Part shown: positions 18,649 through 27,177 of the stretch, piece by piece
Layout: each line of letters opens with the position of its first letter
Numbering within the stretch: the first letter of the stretch is position 1
Assembly: GCA_002790095.1 (NCBI GenBank)
Contig: PFUL01000183.1
Span: 10,287-74,286, forward strand
Reading direction: 5' to 3'
Origin: Elusimicrobia bacterium CG_4_9_14_3_um_filter_62_55
GTDB lineage: Bacteria > Elusimicrobiota > Elusimicrobia > UBA1565
DNA length: 64,000 nucleotides
Position numbers and translations under genes: made by a program
Notes under the pieces: model-generated
Databases searched by the model: none
What the model was told of the DNA's origin: nothing
What the model saw: the letters and a program-made list of their open reading frames with translations, nothing else

Positions 18649-18884
18649 GGGCCACCTCCCTCCCGGGTACCAGCCGGGAGCCACGAGTTTATTCTACTAC
18701 CGCGGCATGCCCCTATCAATCGAAAAGCAAGGCCGTGGCGCGCTTTTTTTGCCCCCCCGGAGCGCTTTGAATTGCGCCTATTTCAAAAGCCTAAATCGGT
18801 CCTATGCGCCTTTAGGTCGAATGCCCGTCCGGATCGGCCCCATGGTCCCAAGGCGGAATTCTTCCGTCGTGATACGATGCATTC

Positions 18885-21116
18885 ATGATCCGAAAACCCT
18901 CTCTCCCGACGAAATTGATCGCCGTCGTTCTTTCCGCCGCTTTGTGCGAACTCTCCTTGAGTCCCGCGGCTTGGGCCGCGGGGGCCAACGCCCTCGCGAC
19001 GCGCGGCGCCGCACCCGCGGCGACTGCGGTCATCGGGCCGGCGGGAGCGCTCGGCGCGCCGACCGCGGCGGGATTGGGGGTCCTAACGGCGCCGTCGCTC
19101 GCGGGGTCGCTTCCGAGTCTGTCTCTGGACCCGGCGGTGAGCGCCGTGATGCCGGCGGCGGCCGCGATGCCGTTAGCCGTGGTCCCAACGCTTCAACCGC
19201 GCTCCCGCGCGATCACGCCGGCCGCTCCGCGCGCGGCTGCGCTGCGAACGGCCTCCCGGTCGGTCGGGCGCCGGTCCGAGGCGATCCGGGACGGTCTGCG
19301 GGCCGCCGAGAATTTGGACGCGTCCTCGGCGGAGTCGTCGCGCGGCCTCGGAGCCGCGATCGCGGCGATCGCGTTCGGGGAGCGCTCCCGCGCGGACGGG
19401 GAGTTCGCCGTCAACGCGGCGGATTCGAGGGGAGCCGCGGGCAAGCTCCGCTTCGCGAAGGATTGGATCGATCCCGCTCAGGCGTACGAGGCCGTCCGGC
19501 GCGCCGCTCGCAGATCGATGCGCGTCCCTTCGGTGTCGTATGCCGACGCGGATATCGAACGGGTCGGCGGAGAACTGCGCGTGAGCGCGGTCCGTTACGG
19601 ACTCGTGGACACCCTTTCCGAATTGGCCGGACGATTTTCGTTCGTCTATAAAGTCGACGCCAAATCCCCGGAGGGTCGCTTCGAAGAGCTGAAGTCCATC
19701 TGGTCGCATGAGGGAACCGGCGGGATTTCGATGTTGATGATCGAGCCCAAAATCCCGTTGAAGAGCGCGCTTCGGAGGCTGCATCGCGCCCGGCCGGATT
19801 TCGAACCGGTTCGCGCCGCGTTGTACATGCCCTCGTCGATCGCCTCCGGAAAGAAGGGATTGGTGTACCGGTTTTCCGATGCGTCCGGGGCGGTCGTCGA
19901 GATCGACGCGGCGACAGGCCGCTACGACGGAAATCCGATCCTGTTTCGGGATCCCCTCGGAGAACAGCTGAAAGCGGGCACGGTTCCGGCGCCGACTCTG
20001 AAGCACCGACCCGCGGCGATGCCTTCGCTGGAGGCGTCGAACCCTTGGTCGGTGCGTCTGGGCGGGCTCGGTCTGGCGTTTGCCTACACGACGACTGCGT
20101 TTGGAATTTCGCTGTTGACGGGTTGGCCCGTGGTCGGGGCGGCGTTCGCGGTCTTCTTCGCGACCGGGTTCGCGGGATTCGTCACGTACGTCTCCGCGCT
20201 CGAAATCGAACACTCGCGCTACGGCACGGAGGCCTTCGTCACGAACCCCCGCCGCGCCGGGATCGGCGAGGCGATGCTCAACGCCGCCATCTTGTTCGGC
20301 ATCGGGACGATGATCGCGGCCTTCGCGGCGCCGGCGGCGACGGCGGCCGCTTTCTTAGGACTTTCCGGCATCGTAAGACGGGACGCGATGGTCTCCCCCG
20401 CGGCGCTTTACGAACGCGCCTACGCGGAGGCGCTCGCGAAGGCGGACGGCGTCCTCCATTTCGGAGAAGCGGTCGTGAATTCTCCGGTGCGGGACGGCGA
20501 TCACTGGAAGTTCAATTTCTACTCGGTTCCCGAGGCGGAAGACGGGAAGGCGAAGATGATCTCCGTTGACTTTCATCGGGGCGGGGGATGGGTCTCCTCG
20601 GGCGGATTCTATTCGAAGATCCGGGTCTACGAGGACGCGGCGCTGCCGGCCGATCAGCCGGTGTTTCCGATTTCTCCGGAGACCTTCGCAGGCTCGATCA
20701 AGATTGAACCCGAGACGGCCTTGAACGCGGCCCTGCGGGAGGCCCCCGGGATGCGCGGCGCCGTGTCGGTGTCCCTTCGCGCCGAAGTCGAGGGGGAAAA
20801 TAAGGAGCGGGGCGATTTTCGATACCGGTTCTACGACAACCGAGGCTACGAGGTCTCGGTCAACGCGAGAACCAACGAGGTTCGGATTCTTCAGGAGCCG
20901 AGAACCGAGAGCCGGGAGGAGCGCCTCGAACGGTTTCGGATGTGGCGGAGCTTGGGCGATCTCGACCGCTGGCTTGGGGAGACGCTCCCGCTTTATAAGT
21001 TCTTGAAGTGGGCGGCGATTCTGGGGGGATTGCTGTTTCTCGCCGATATGATTTTCGACTTCCCGGGGATGATTGGGGCGTCGGGGTTGTTGGGGGCCGG
21101 CCCCGGAGACCATTAA
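18885..21116 (+). CDS. Membrane protein (743 aa) with signal peptide, Ala/Pro/Leu-rich APSL/LPSL region, central TM helices and PepSY-like C-terminal repeats
   Basis: Signal peptide KLIAVVLSAALCELSLSPAAWA. TM helices GLGLAFAYTTTAFGISLL, VVGAAFAVFFATGFAGFVTYV and AILFGIGTMIAAFAAPA. HWKFNFYS...ISVD and FRYRFYDNRGYEVSVNARTNEV resemble PepSY strands (weak call). C-terminal helix AAILGGLLFLADMIF. Confidence 0.8.
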   Translation: MIRKPSLPTKLIAVVLSAALCELSLSPAAWAAGANALATRGAAPAATAVIGPAGALGAPTAAGLGVLTAPSLAGSLPSLSLDPAVSAVMPAAAAMPLAVVPTLQPRSRAITPAAPRAAALRTASRSVGRRSEAIRDGLRAAENLDASSAESSRGLGAAIAAIAFGERSRADGEFAVNAADSRGAAGKLRFAKDWIDPAQAYEAVRRAARRSMRVPSVSYADADIERVGGELRVSAVRYGLVDTLSELAGRFSFVYKVDAKSPEGRFEELKSIWSHEGTGGISMLMIEPKIPLKSALRRLHRARPDFEPVRAALYMPSSIASGKKGLVYRFSDASGAVVEIDAATGRYDGNPILFRDPLGEQLKAGTVPAPTLKHRPAAMPSLEASNPWSVRLGGLGLAFAYTTTAFGISLLTGWPVVGAAFAVFFATGFAGFVTYVSALEIEHSRYGTEAFVTNPRRAGIGEAMLNAAILFGIGTMIAAFAAPAATAAAFLGLSGIVRRDAMVSPAALYERAYAEALAKADGVLHFGEAVVNSPVRDGDHWKFNFYSVPEAEDGKAKMISVDFHRGGGWVSSGGFYSKIRVYEDAALPADQPVFPISPETFAGSIKIEPETALNAALREAPGMRGAVSVSLRAEVEGENKERGDFRYRFYDNRGYEVSVNARTNEVRILQEPRTESREERLERFRMWRSLGDLDRWLGETLPLYKFLKWAAILGGLLFLADMIFDFPGMIGASGLLGAGPGDH

Positions 21117-21133
21117 AAAGTCGTTTCCTTTCC

Positions 21134-21162
21134 TTGACAAGCCGTCAGCCGGGGTCTATCCT
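21134..21162 (+). promoter_or_regulatory. Sigma70-like promoter candidate for the histidine kinase gene (TTGACA-17-TATCCT)
   Basis: TTGACA at 21134-21139 and TATCCT at 21157-21162. The caveat is that the -10 ends only 3 nt before the AAGGAG RBS (21166-21171), so the predicted transcription start (5-9 nt past the -10) would fall at or within the Shine-Dalgarno sequence. Confidence 0.35.
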
Positions 21163-21178
21163 TCGAAGGAGTGACTTC

Positions 21179-23353
21179 ATGAGACTTCTGCATTCCGGCT
21201 TGTTTCAGCGATTCGTCCTAGCGATGCTCGTGCTGGCGCTGCTGCCCTCCGTTTTTATGGGCTGGCAGCTGGTCCGAATATCCAAGAGCGGGATTCAAGA
21301 TTCGGTCCTCGAACTGCACACCAAACTCGCCGATAAAACCGCGGGTTCGATTTCCAACTACATCCGCATGACCGACGACAAAATCCGCTTCACGGTGCTC
21401 ACGCTGAAGCGTCCCGGTTTGGGTTGGGAAACCAAGGAGAAACTGCTTCGGAGTCTGATCGACAGCGATACCGATATCCAGGAAGCCTCGGTGTTGACCT
21501 CGAAAGGCGGGGAAATTCTAAAGGTCTACAACCCGAAATGGGTGCAGATCGAGGAAAATCAGGATCACGCGCAAAATCCGGGATACGTCGAATTTTCCAA
21601 AACGCACACGCGCACGCTGTGGATCACCGGCCGCAAAACGGAAGCCCCTCGTCTGGAAATTTATTACCCGCTTTCGGAGGTTTCCGATATCCGGGTGGCG
21701 ATCGTATTGAATCGCATGCATCAGGAAATCACCGGCGAGCGCGTCGGTGGAAGCGGTTACGGGATGCTCGTCGGTTCCGGCGGCATCGGGTTGAGCTACC
21801 CGGCCGATCGTTTGAGCGAATCCGCACTCGGCTCGCTCATCGAGCGCCCGATCGTCCTCGCGGCGTTGGCCGCGCAATCCGTGGGCTCGAGCGAGTACGT
21901 CGACGACGAGGGCCGCGCCCAGGTGGGGGCGTACGCTCCGGTGCCTGAGATCGAGGCGGCGATCATCATCCAACAGCCGAAGGACGAGGCGTATTTGTCC
22001 GCGGATAAGATGCGCAGGACCGCGGTCGCGATCATCGTTTTGGTCTGCGTGGCGGCGATCCTGATCGCGCTGATGCTCGCGCGGCGACTGACGCAGCCGC
22101 TCCTGGCGCTCACGCAGGGCGCCGAGCAGATCGCGAAAGGGGAATTTCCCGAGGACGTCGGGATCGCCACCGGGGACGAACTCCAGGAATTTTCGGAAAC
22201 CTTCAACCGGATGGTGTCCCAACTGCGCAAGTACGCCGAGATGCAGGTGGACCGGCGGATCTTGGAGCAGCAAAAAACCGAAGCCATCATGTTTTCAATC
22301 GGCGACGGAATCTTGATGACCGACAACGACGGGTTCGTGCAGTTGGCGAACCGGAAGACGGTCGAGATTCTCCATAAATCCGACGGGGAGATGGAAGGGA
22401 AGCCCATCACCGAGGTCGTCAACGCGGAGACCGACATCGGACAGACGATTTTGGACGCGGTCGCGCATCCTGAGGAAAAGGTCGTTAAGGAAGTAGACCT
22501 CTCAACCGACGAGCGGCGCCTGTTCGTGCGCGTCTCATCCCGCCTGCTGGTGTCCCCGGAAAAGAAGAAGGTCCTCGGCGTCGTCACGGCGATCCACGAC
22601 GTGACGCTGGAAAAGGAACTCGACAAAATGAAGGAGGAATTCCTTCATTCGATCACGCACGACCTGCGCAACCCGTTGGGATCGATCGTGGGGTTTCTGG
22701 AATTTCTGCGCAAAGGCGTCGTCGGCGTTCTCAACCCCCAGCAAAAGGGAATGGTCGAGTCGATGCTGAAGTCCGCGAACCGGCTGATGATGATGGTCAA
22801 CAATATCCTCGACGTCGCGAAAATGGATTCGCACCAGCTTGAAGTCAATTTGAAGGAAGTGTCGCTCTCGGGTCTCGCCAGCCACTCGATCGAGATTCTG
22901 GGATCCCTTGCCCAGCGCCGGGGAATTTCGATGGAACTCGACGCGGAAGAAGAGTTTATGGTGAGCTGCGACGCAAGCCAGATCGAGCGCGCCATCACAA
23001 ACCTGGTCGGCAACGCGATTAAATTCGCTCCGGATGACGGGCATGTGATCGTGCACGTGAAGGACGAGGGGAACGTCCTCGAGCTCTGCGTCGAGGACGA
23101 CGGTCCCGGAATCCCGCCGACCCACCTCGACAAAATTTTCGGGAAATTCGAGCAGGTGCCCGGGCAGAAGCGGGGCGGCACCGGTTTGGGGTTGACGATC
23201 ACCAAGCGTTTCGTTGAAGCGCATCACGGCAGGATTTGGGTGGAATCCGTTTTGGGCGAGGGCGCTCGCTTTTATTTCACGCTCGCCAAGGGACTGGAAC
23301 TCAACGCGGAGAACGAGGTCGTCGTCGGTTCGGCGGCGGGCAAGGACGCGTGA
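21179..23353 (+). CDS. Sensor histidine kinase: periplasmic sensor, HAMP, PAS, HisKA, HATPase_c
   Basis: Start at MRLLHSGLFQRFVLAMLVLALL with AAGGAG 7 nt upstream. H-box FLHSITHDLRNPL. N-box GNAIKFAP. G-boxes DDGPGIP and GGTGLGLTI. HAMP-like LARRLTQPLLALTQGAEQIAKGEF. The 21008 ORF start overlaps the previous gene and is rejected. Confidence 0.93.
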   Translation: MRLLHSGLFQRFVLAMLVLALLPSVFMGWQLVRISKSGIQDSVLELHTKLADKTAGSISNYIRMTDDKIRFTVLTLKRPGLGWETKEKLLRSLIDSDTDIQEASVLTSKGGEILKVYNPKWVQIEENQDHAQNPGYVEFSKTHTRTLWITGRKTEAPRLEIYYPLSEVSDIRVAIVLNRMHQEITGERVGGSGYGMLVGSGGIGLSYPADRLSESALGSLIERPIVLAALAAQSVGSSEYVDDEGRAQVGAYAPVPEIEAAIIIQQPKDEAYLSADKMRRTAVAIIVLVCVAAILIALMLARRLTQPLLALTQGAEQIAKGEFPEDVGIATGDELQEFSETFNRMVSQLRKYAEMQVDRRILEQQKTEAIMFSIGDGILMTDNDGFVQLANRKTVEILHKSDGEMEGKPITEVVNAETDIGQTILDAVAHPEEKVVKEVDLSTDERRLFVRVSSRLLVSPEKKKVLGVVTAIHDVTLEKELDKMKEEFLHSITHDLRNPLGSIVGFLEFLRKGVVGVLNPQQKGMVESMLKSANRLMMMVNNILDVAKMDSHQLEVNLKEVSLSGLASHSIEILGSLAQRRGISMELDAEEEFMVSCDASQIERAITNLVGNAIKFAPDDGHVIVHVKDEGNVLELCVEDDGPGIPPTHLDKIFGKFEQVPGQKRGGTGLGLTITKRFVEAHHGRIWVESVLGEGARFYFTLAKGLELNAENEVVVGSAAGKDA

Positions 23354-23366
23354 CGCCCGGAGGGAC

Positions 23367-24734
23367 ATGATCGTGAAGAGGATTTCGGCGTTCGTGATCG
23401 CCGCCGCGCTGTTTGCGGGCGGGGCGCGCGCGCAGGAGTCCCAACTTCAGGAGGTTACCGTTCGGCCGGGCGACACGCTGTGGAGCCTGTCGCAGCGTTA
23501 TCTGAAGGACCCGAAGAAGTGGAACTCGATCCTGCGCTACAATCATCTTCCCACCTCGGATCCGACCGTGGCCCTTCCGGGGATGACGCTGAAGGTGCCG
23601 ATCTCTTTGATCAAGGACGATCTTCGCGCCGCGACCCTCGTGCTGGCGAAAAGCAAGGTGCTCTTTCGCAAGAAGAACAACGCGGCGTGGAAGAACGCGC
23701 AGTTGAAAATGCAGCTGTTCAACGGAGACAGCCTTAGAACCCAATCCAAATCCTGGGCGCGCGTGAAATTTTTCGGGGGTTCGGTGCTCAGTCTCGATCC
23801 CGATTCGATGGCCATCTTGAAGGCCCCGCGCCCCGATGACCGGTTTCTTGAGCTCAAGCGGGGCGCGGTTCACGCGACGGTCGCGAGGGTCGTGACGCCT
23901 TCCGCGCGGGTCATTCCCAAGCGCAAAGACACGAAATATACGGCGCGGGTTCTTGACGACTTGTCGACGCGCGTGCAGGTGTTCAACGGCGCCGCGGACG
24001 TTCAGGACTCCAAGGGGAGAAAGACCGTCGAGGTCACGGCGGGTTATTACACCGACGTCAAGCTCGACAGCCTGCCGGTCTCTCCGGTAAAGATTCCCAA
24101 CATCGAATTGGCTCAGCGAACCGAAATCTCGGATCTTGGAACGGGAGTCGGGGAATCGGTCGTCAAGGTGCAGCGGGGCGGAGTCCCCGCCTCAGGGAGT
24201 ATCGCCGCCGAGATTCAGGCGCTCTCGGTCGGTATTCCGGTCGCGGCGTATCAAGTGCAGATCGCGCGCCGCCGCTCCGATTTCGCCCGTGCGGCTTCGA
24301 AGTTGGTGTTCGAAAAGGAGTTCGATTCCTACGAGCCGATCGATCTGCGTCAGGCGAATCTTCGCGATGGGGAATACTGGGTGCGGGTCGCGATCATCGA
24401 CCTTCTGGGCGAAAAGGGGAAGTGGTCCACGCCGAAATCCTACCGCACGGGCGAGGAAGAACAGTTCGAATCGCTCGCGTTCTCCGGAACCCTCGAGATG
24501 ATCCGTCCCGAGGAAGAATCCGTCACCGTCGGCGTCCCGCGCTACCGGATGACAGGACGCGTCGGAAAGGGACTTAAGGTTTTGATAAACGGAGAAAACG
24601 TCGCGTCGGACGAGGACGGCTACTGGTCGAAAGAAGTCCTGCTCAAACCGGGGCCCAACGGGTTCCGCATCGAAGCGACCGACGTCCGCGGCAACGACAA
24701 GGTTCTCATCCGCCGCATTACCTTCAAACCTTAA
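23367..24734 (+). CDS. Secreted LysM plus FecR-domain protein
   Basis: Start at MIVKRISAFVIAAALFAGGARA with GGAGGG upstream, 13 nt after the kinase stop. LysM: VTVRPGDTLWSLSQRYLKDPKKWNSILRYNHLPTSDPTVALPGMTLKVP. FecR-like: WKNAQLKMQLFNGDSLRTQSKSWARVKFFGGSVLSLDPDSMAIL. Confidence 0.88.
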   Translation: MIVKRISAFVIAAALFAGGARAQESQLQEVTVRPGDTLWSLSQRYLKDPKKWNSILRYNHLPTSDPTVALPGMTLKVPISLIKDDLRAATLVLAKSKVLFRKKNNAAWKNAQLKMQLFNGDSLRTQSKSWARVKFFGGSVLSLDPDSMAILKAPRPDDRFLELKRGAVHATVARVVTPSARVIPKRKDTKYTARVLDDLSTRVQVFNGAADVQDSKGRKTVEVTAGYYTDVKLDSLPVSPVKIPNIELAQRTEISDLGTGVGESVVKVQRGGVPASGSIAAEIQALSVGIPVAAYQVQIARRRSDFARAASKLVFEKEFDSYEPIDLRQANLRDGEYWVRVAIIDLLGEKGKWSTPKSYRTGEEEQFESLAFSGTLEMIRPEEESVTVGVPRYRMTGRVGKGLKVLINGENVASDEDGYWSKEVLLKPGPNGFRIEATDVRGNDKVLIRRITFKP

Positions 24735-24746
24735 TCGTCTTCCGGC

Positions 24747-26528
24747 TTAGTCGACGGGGGACGCCGTGCGAAGGGCGGTAAAACGGCGGAAGGTCGATTT
24801 TCGCTTCGCGACGAGACCGCGCTGCTCGTCGAGCGAGCCGATCATTCCGAGCAGCGGACTGCCGGTTTCTCCGTCGGCGGGGTGGGGAGGCTGTGCGGAA
24901 AGCGCGCTCGGGCTTCCCGACATCGTCGCGACCAGATAGCCCCACGCGGCGGGGTTTCCGCGCAGCAAGCGGCGCGGCACCGAAACCCTGATCGTTCCCG
25001 CGGCGAGGTCGACTCTCGGTTCGAGTTCCTGGACGCGGGAGGCAGGATGTCCGGAAAGCGACCGGTAAATTCCGCTCTCCCACCCGGAAATCACGAGGGC
25101 GTACTCCCAGGCGTTGTCGGGATCGATGAAGCCGTTGCGCTGCGGCAGGAGTTCCGTCGATCCGCGGCCGGAGAGGTGATTGAGATCGACGTAGACGTCG
25201 ATGAGCAAATGTTCGAAGCCGAACGGCGCCGCCCGGGATTGGGCCAGACGGTCCATCGCGATCGTAAAATCGACGGTGCCGTCGTTCCAGGCGACGGCGA
25301 AGCTTCTCGGAGTCCAGTAATGTTGGGCCGTCGCCCCGGGCGACAGTTCGGGGACGGCGGCGGGCAACGCGGCGACCGAGCCCTCGGGGTTGTGAAAGAT
25401 CAGTTGGTTGGAATCCGTTTCGATCTCGACCTCCTCCGCGTTATCGCCGGCGTCGGGGGACGGAGCCGTCTCCGGAGCGGCCACCGGATGCGACAGGCGC
25501 GCGGGAGGGGATTTCCCGATGGCGCGGTACGCCGCGCGCAGCGAATCCCGGAAGGCTTTTTCGATCCCGGGATCGCGCAGGTTGCCCGGCACGAAATTCT
25601 TCGCGGCCCGCGCGACGTCCATCTGAGCTTCGGCCTTATTCAACCGGGCGATCGAGGCGGTTCCCGAGTTCTGATATTCGGCGATTTCCCGGGCCGTCTC
25701 CCGCAGCAGAGTCCACGCGGCTGATTGGGACGGGGCGACGTTCCAAAAGCGGATCGATTCCGCCCAACTGGGCCACGACTCCGGTCCGACGACATAGGGC
25801 CGGATTTCCGAAAGGGCCTCGGACACGGGCGTATAGGCGTCGTCCCCGCCGACCTCGAAGAGGCGTTCGATTATTGGGAGACCGGATCCCGGAGACAGTG
25901 TCCCCGCGGATTCGTCCAGGACGAGGGCCGGAGATTCGGTCACGGGAGGAAGGGCCGCGGCTTCCGTCGACGTCACGGCATGAAACGGAATCAGCACCAA
26001 CTGCTCGTCGCCGACCCACGGATTGAGGAACTCTCCTTCGCCCACAGCCACCCAGCGCAGGCCCAGCCGCGCCAGAGGCGCCGCGTTGCCGGGAGTGATC
26101 GCCCCTCCGCCCGGAGCGAAACCGGCGGGGAGCTTTCCGAAAATTTTCTTATGAAGAATCCGGCTTACGGCGAGTTTTTCCGCGGCGAGTCCCGGGCGGT
26201 CTTCGCCGGCGAAGGGGAGAATCGGGTCCCCGACGATGCGAACCGCGATTTCAAGCCGGCCTTCGCGTTCGATCGACGCCAGCCAGTCTTTTTGCGCGTC
26301 CGGAATTTCTTCGGGAGAGAGCGCGAGCGTGAATCGCGCCCCGCTGCGCCGCTCGAGCAGGGCGCGCAGGCGGTCCCAGTCCAGGCTCACGGCGTCGGGA
26401 ACCCAAAGAAGCGATTTGCGCATCGTTTCGTGACGGTCCGGGAGCGCGTCCTTGCTTTTCCCCCAAAAGGCTTCGGCCCGCGGGACGGTCGCGGCGATCA
26501 GGCAGAGGAGAAAAAAGACGCTTCTCAT
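24747..26528 (-). CDS. Secreted carbohydrate-active protein with a C-terminal glucodextranase-type (Glucodextran_C-like) module. The fold of the N-terminal half is uncertain (GH57- or deacetylase-like).
   Basis: Start at MRSVFFLLCLIAATVPRAEA with GGAGG 5 nt upstream. ATGA start/stop overlap with the upstream CBM48 gene (26525-26528). C-terminal LLIDVYVDLNHLSGRGSTELLPQRNGFIDPDNAWEYALVISGWE matches the glucodextranase C-terminal module pattern. Confidence 0.8.
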   Translation of the reverse strand: MRSVFFLLCLIAATVPRAEAFWGKSKDALPDRHETMRKSLLWVPDAVSLDWDRLRALLERRSGARFTLALSPEEIPDAQKDWLASIEREGRLEIAVRIVGDPILPFAGEDRPGLAAEKLAVSRILHKKIFGKLPAGFAPGGGAITPGNAAPLARLGLRWVAVGEGEFLNPWVGDEQLVLIPFHAVTSTEAAALPPVTESPALVLDESAGTLSPGSGLPIIERLFEVGGDDAYTPVSEALSEIRPYVVGPESWPSWAESIRFWNVAPSQSAAWTLLRETAREIAEYQNSGTASIARLNKAEAQMDVARAAKNFVPGNLRDPGIEKAFRDSLRAAYRAIGKSPPARLSHPVAAPETAPSPDAGDNAEEVEIETDSNQLIFHNPEGSVAALPAAVPELSPGATAQHYWTPRSFAVAWNDGTVDFTIAMDRLAQSRAAPFGFEHLLIDVYVDLNHLSGRGSTELLPQRNGFIDPDNAWEYALVISGWESGIYRSLSGHPASRVQELEPRVDLAAGTIRVSVPRRLLRGNPAAWGYLVATMSGSPSALSAQPPHPADGETGSPLLGMIGSLDEQRGLVAKRKSTFRRFTALRTASPVD

Positions 26529-26992
26529 GAGGCCTCCACGGTGCGAAGCGACACGTCGCGTCCGTTGACCGACTCTTTTTCGGAGACGCCGGGATCGAGC
26601 GTCCATTTTCCGTCAACGGTAAATCCGTACCGGTATTGACCCGGAGGCAGAGGGAGAACCAGGCGCCAGGCGCCCCGTTCCTGCTGCAGGGGGTAGCCGT
26701 CGCCGCGCCAGCCGTTGAAATCCCCGGCGACCTTAACCGACTGAGCGTCCGGGGCTGTCAATGTGAATTCCACGAATTCGATGTCGGGCAAATCCGCGTC
26801 GTCTAGGGAATCCGTATGAGGAACATAGTCGACGCCCATCTTTTTCAGGACGCCCGGCTCCCATCCGGTCAGAAATCGATAATATTGCGTGCCTTTTTCC
26901 AAAAAGACGAGCGACGGGACCGCGGCGAAGAGAACCACGATCACCGCCAGGCCCCAGAACGCGAGGCGTTCACGCGTCGAGACGTCTCCCAT
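26525..26992 (-). CDS. Membrane-anchored CBM48 / AMPK-beta-type glycogen-binding module protein
   Basis: ATG with AAGAGGGGAAG upstream. TM anchor LAFWGLAVIVVLFAAVPSLVF. CBM48 pattern VEFTLTAPDAQSVKVAGDFNGWRGDGYPLQQERGAWRLVLPLPPGQYRYGFTVDGKWTLDP. Confidence 0.85.
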   Translation of the reverse strand: MGDVSTRERLAFWGLAVIVVLFAAVPSLVFLEKGTQYYRFLTGWEPGVLKKMGVDYVPHTDSLDDADLPDIEFVEFTLTAPDAQSVKVAGDFNGWRGDGYPLQQERGAWRLVLPLPPGQYRYGFTVDGKWTLDPGVSEKESVNGRDVSLRTVEAS

Positions 26993-27028
26993 GTGATGCC
27001 GCTTCCCCTCTTTAGTCTAGACGAGCCG

Positions 27029-27037
27029 AGTATATCA
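27029..27037 (-). promoter_or_regulatory. Extended -10 promoter candidate (TGaTATACT) for the CBM48 operon
   Basis: Reverse complement of AGTATATCA at 27029-27037, 36 nt upstream of the ATG at 26992. No good -35, which extended -10 promoters tolerate. Confidence 0.35.
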
Positions 27038-27082
27038 AATATTCCATTTTCACCCGGATCGCAGGGCCCGCGAAGCGAAGAC

Positions 27083-27115
27083 ACTATGGGGGGCCTCCCT
27101 ATAGGACCCATAGGG
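27083..27115. promoter_or_regulatory. Cluster of TATAG-centred half-sites (CTATGGGGG, CCCTATAGG, CCCATAGGG) between divergent promoters
   Basis: CCCTAT(27097-27102)-N7-ATAGGG(27110-27115) inverted repeat containing the CCTATAGG palindrome, just upstream of the -35 at 27128. Related to CCTCTATAGAGG at 17979. Confidence 0.3.
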
Positions 27116-27127
27116 AAATTAGGTCCC

Positions 27128-27156
27128 TTGACAAGGAATCCGACCCTCTTTACACT
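27128..27156 (+). promoter_or_regulatory. Sigma70-like promoter (TTGACA-17-TACACT) for the 749-aa gene
   Basis: TTGACA at 27128-27133 and TACACT at 27151-27156, then GAGG at 27166-27169 and ATG at 27178. Geometry is consistent with a leader of about 15 nt. Confidence 0.5.
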
Positions 27157-27177
27157 GAAAACAGCGAGGTTATCGCC

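Noticed and set aside
16468-20213. ORFs 16468..17730 (+), 17396..18199 (+), 18389..19651 (+) and 19173..20213 (-)
   Set aside because: They are overlapping or antisense frames of the 548-aa, HNH and 743-aa genes, with Arg-rich low-complexity translations and no start-site support.
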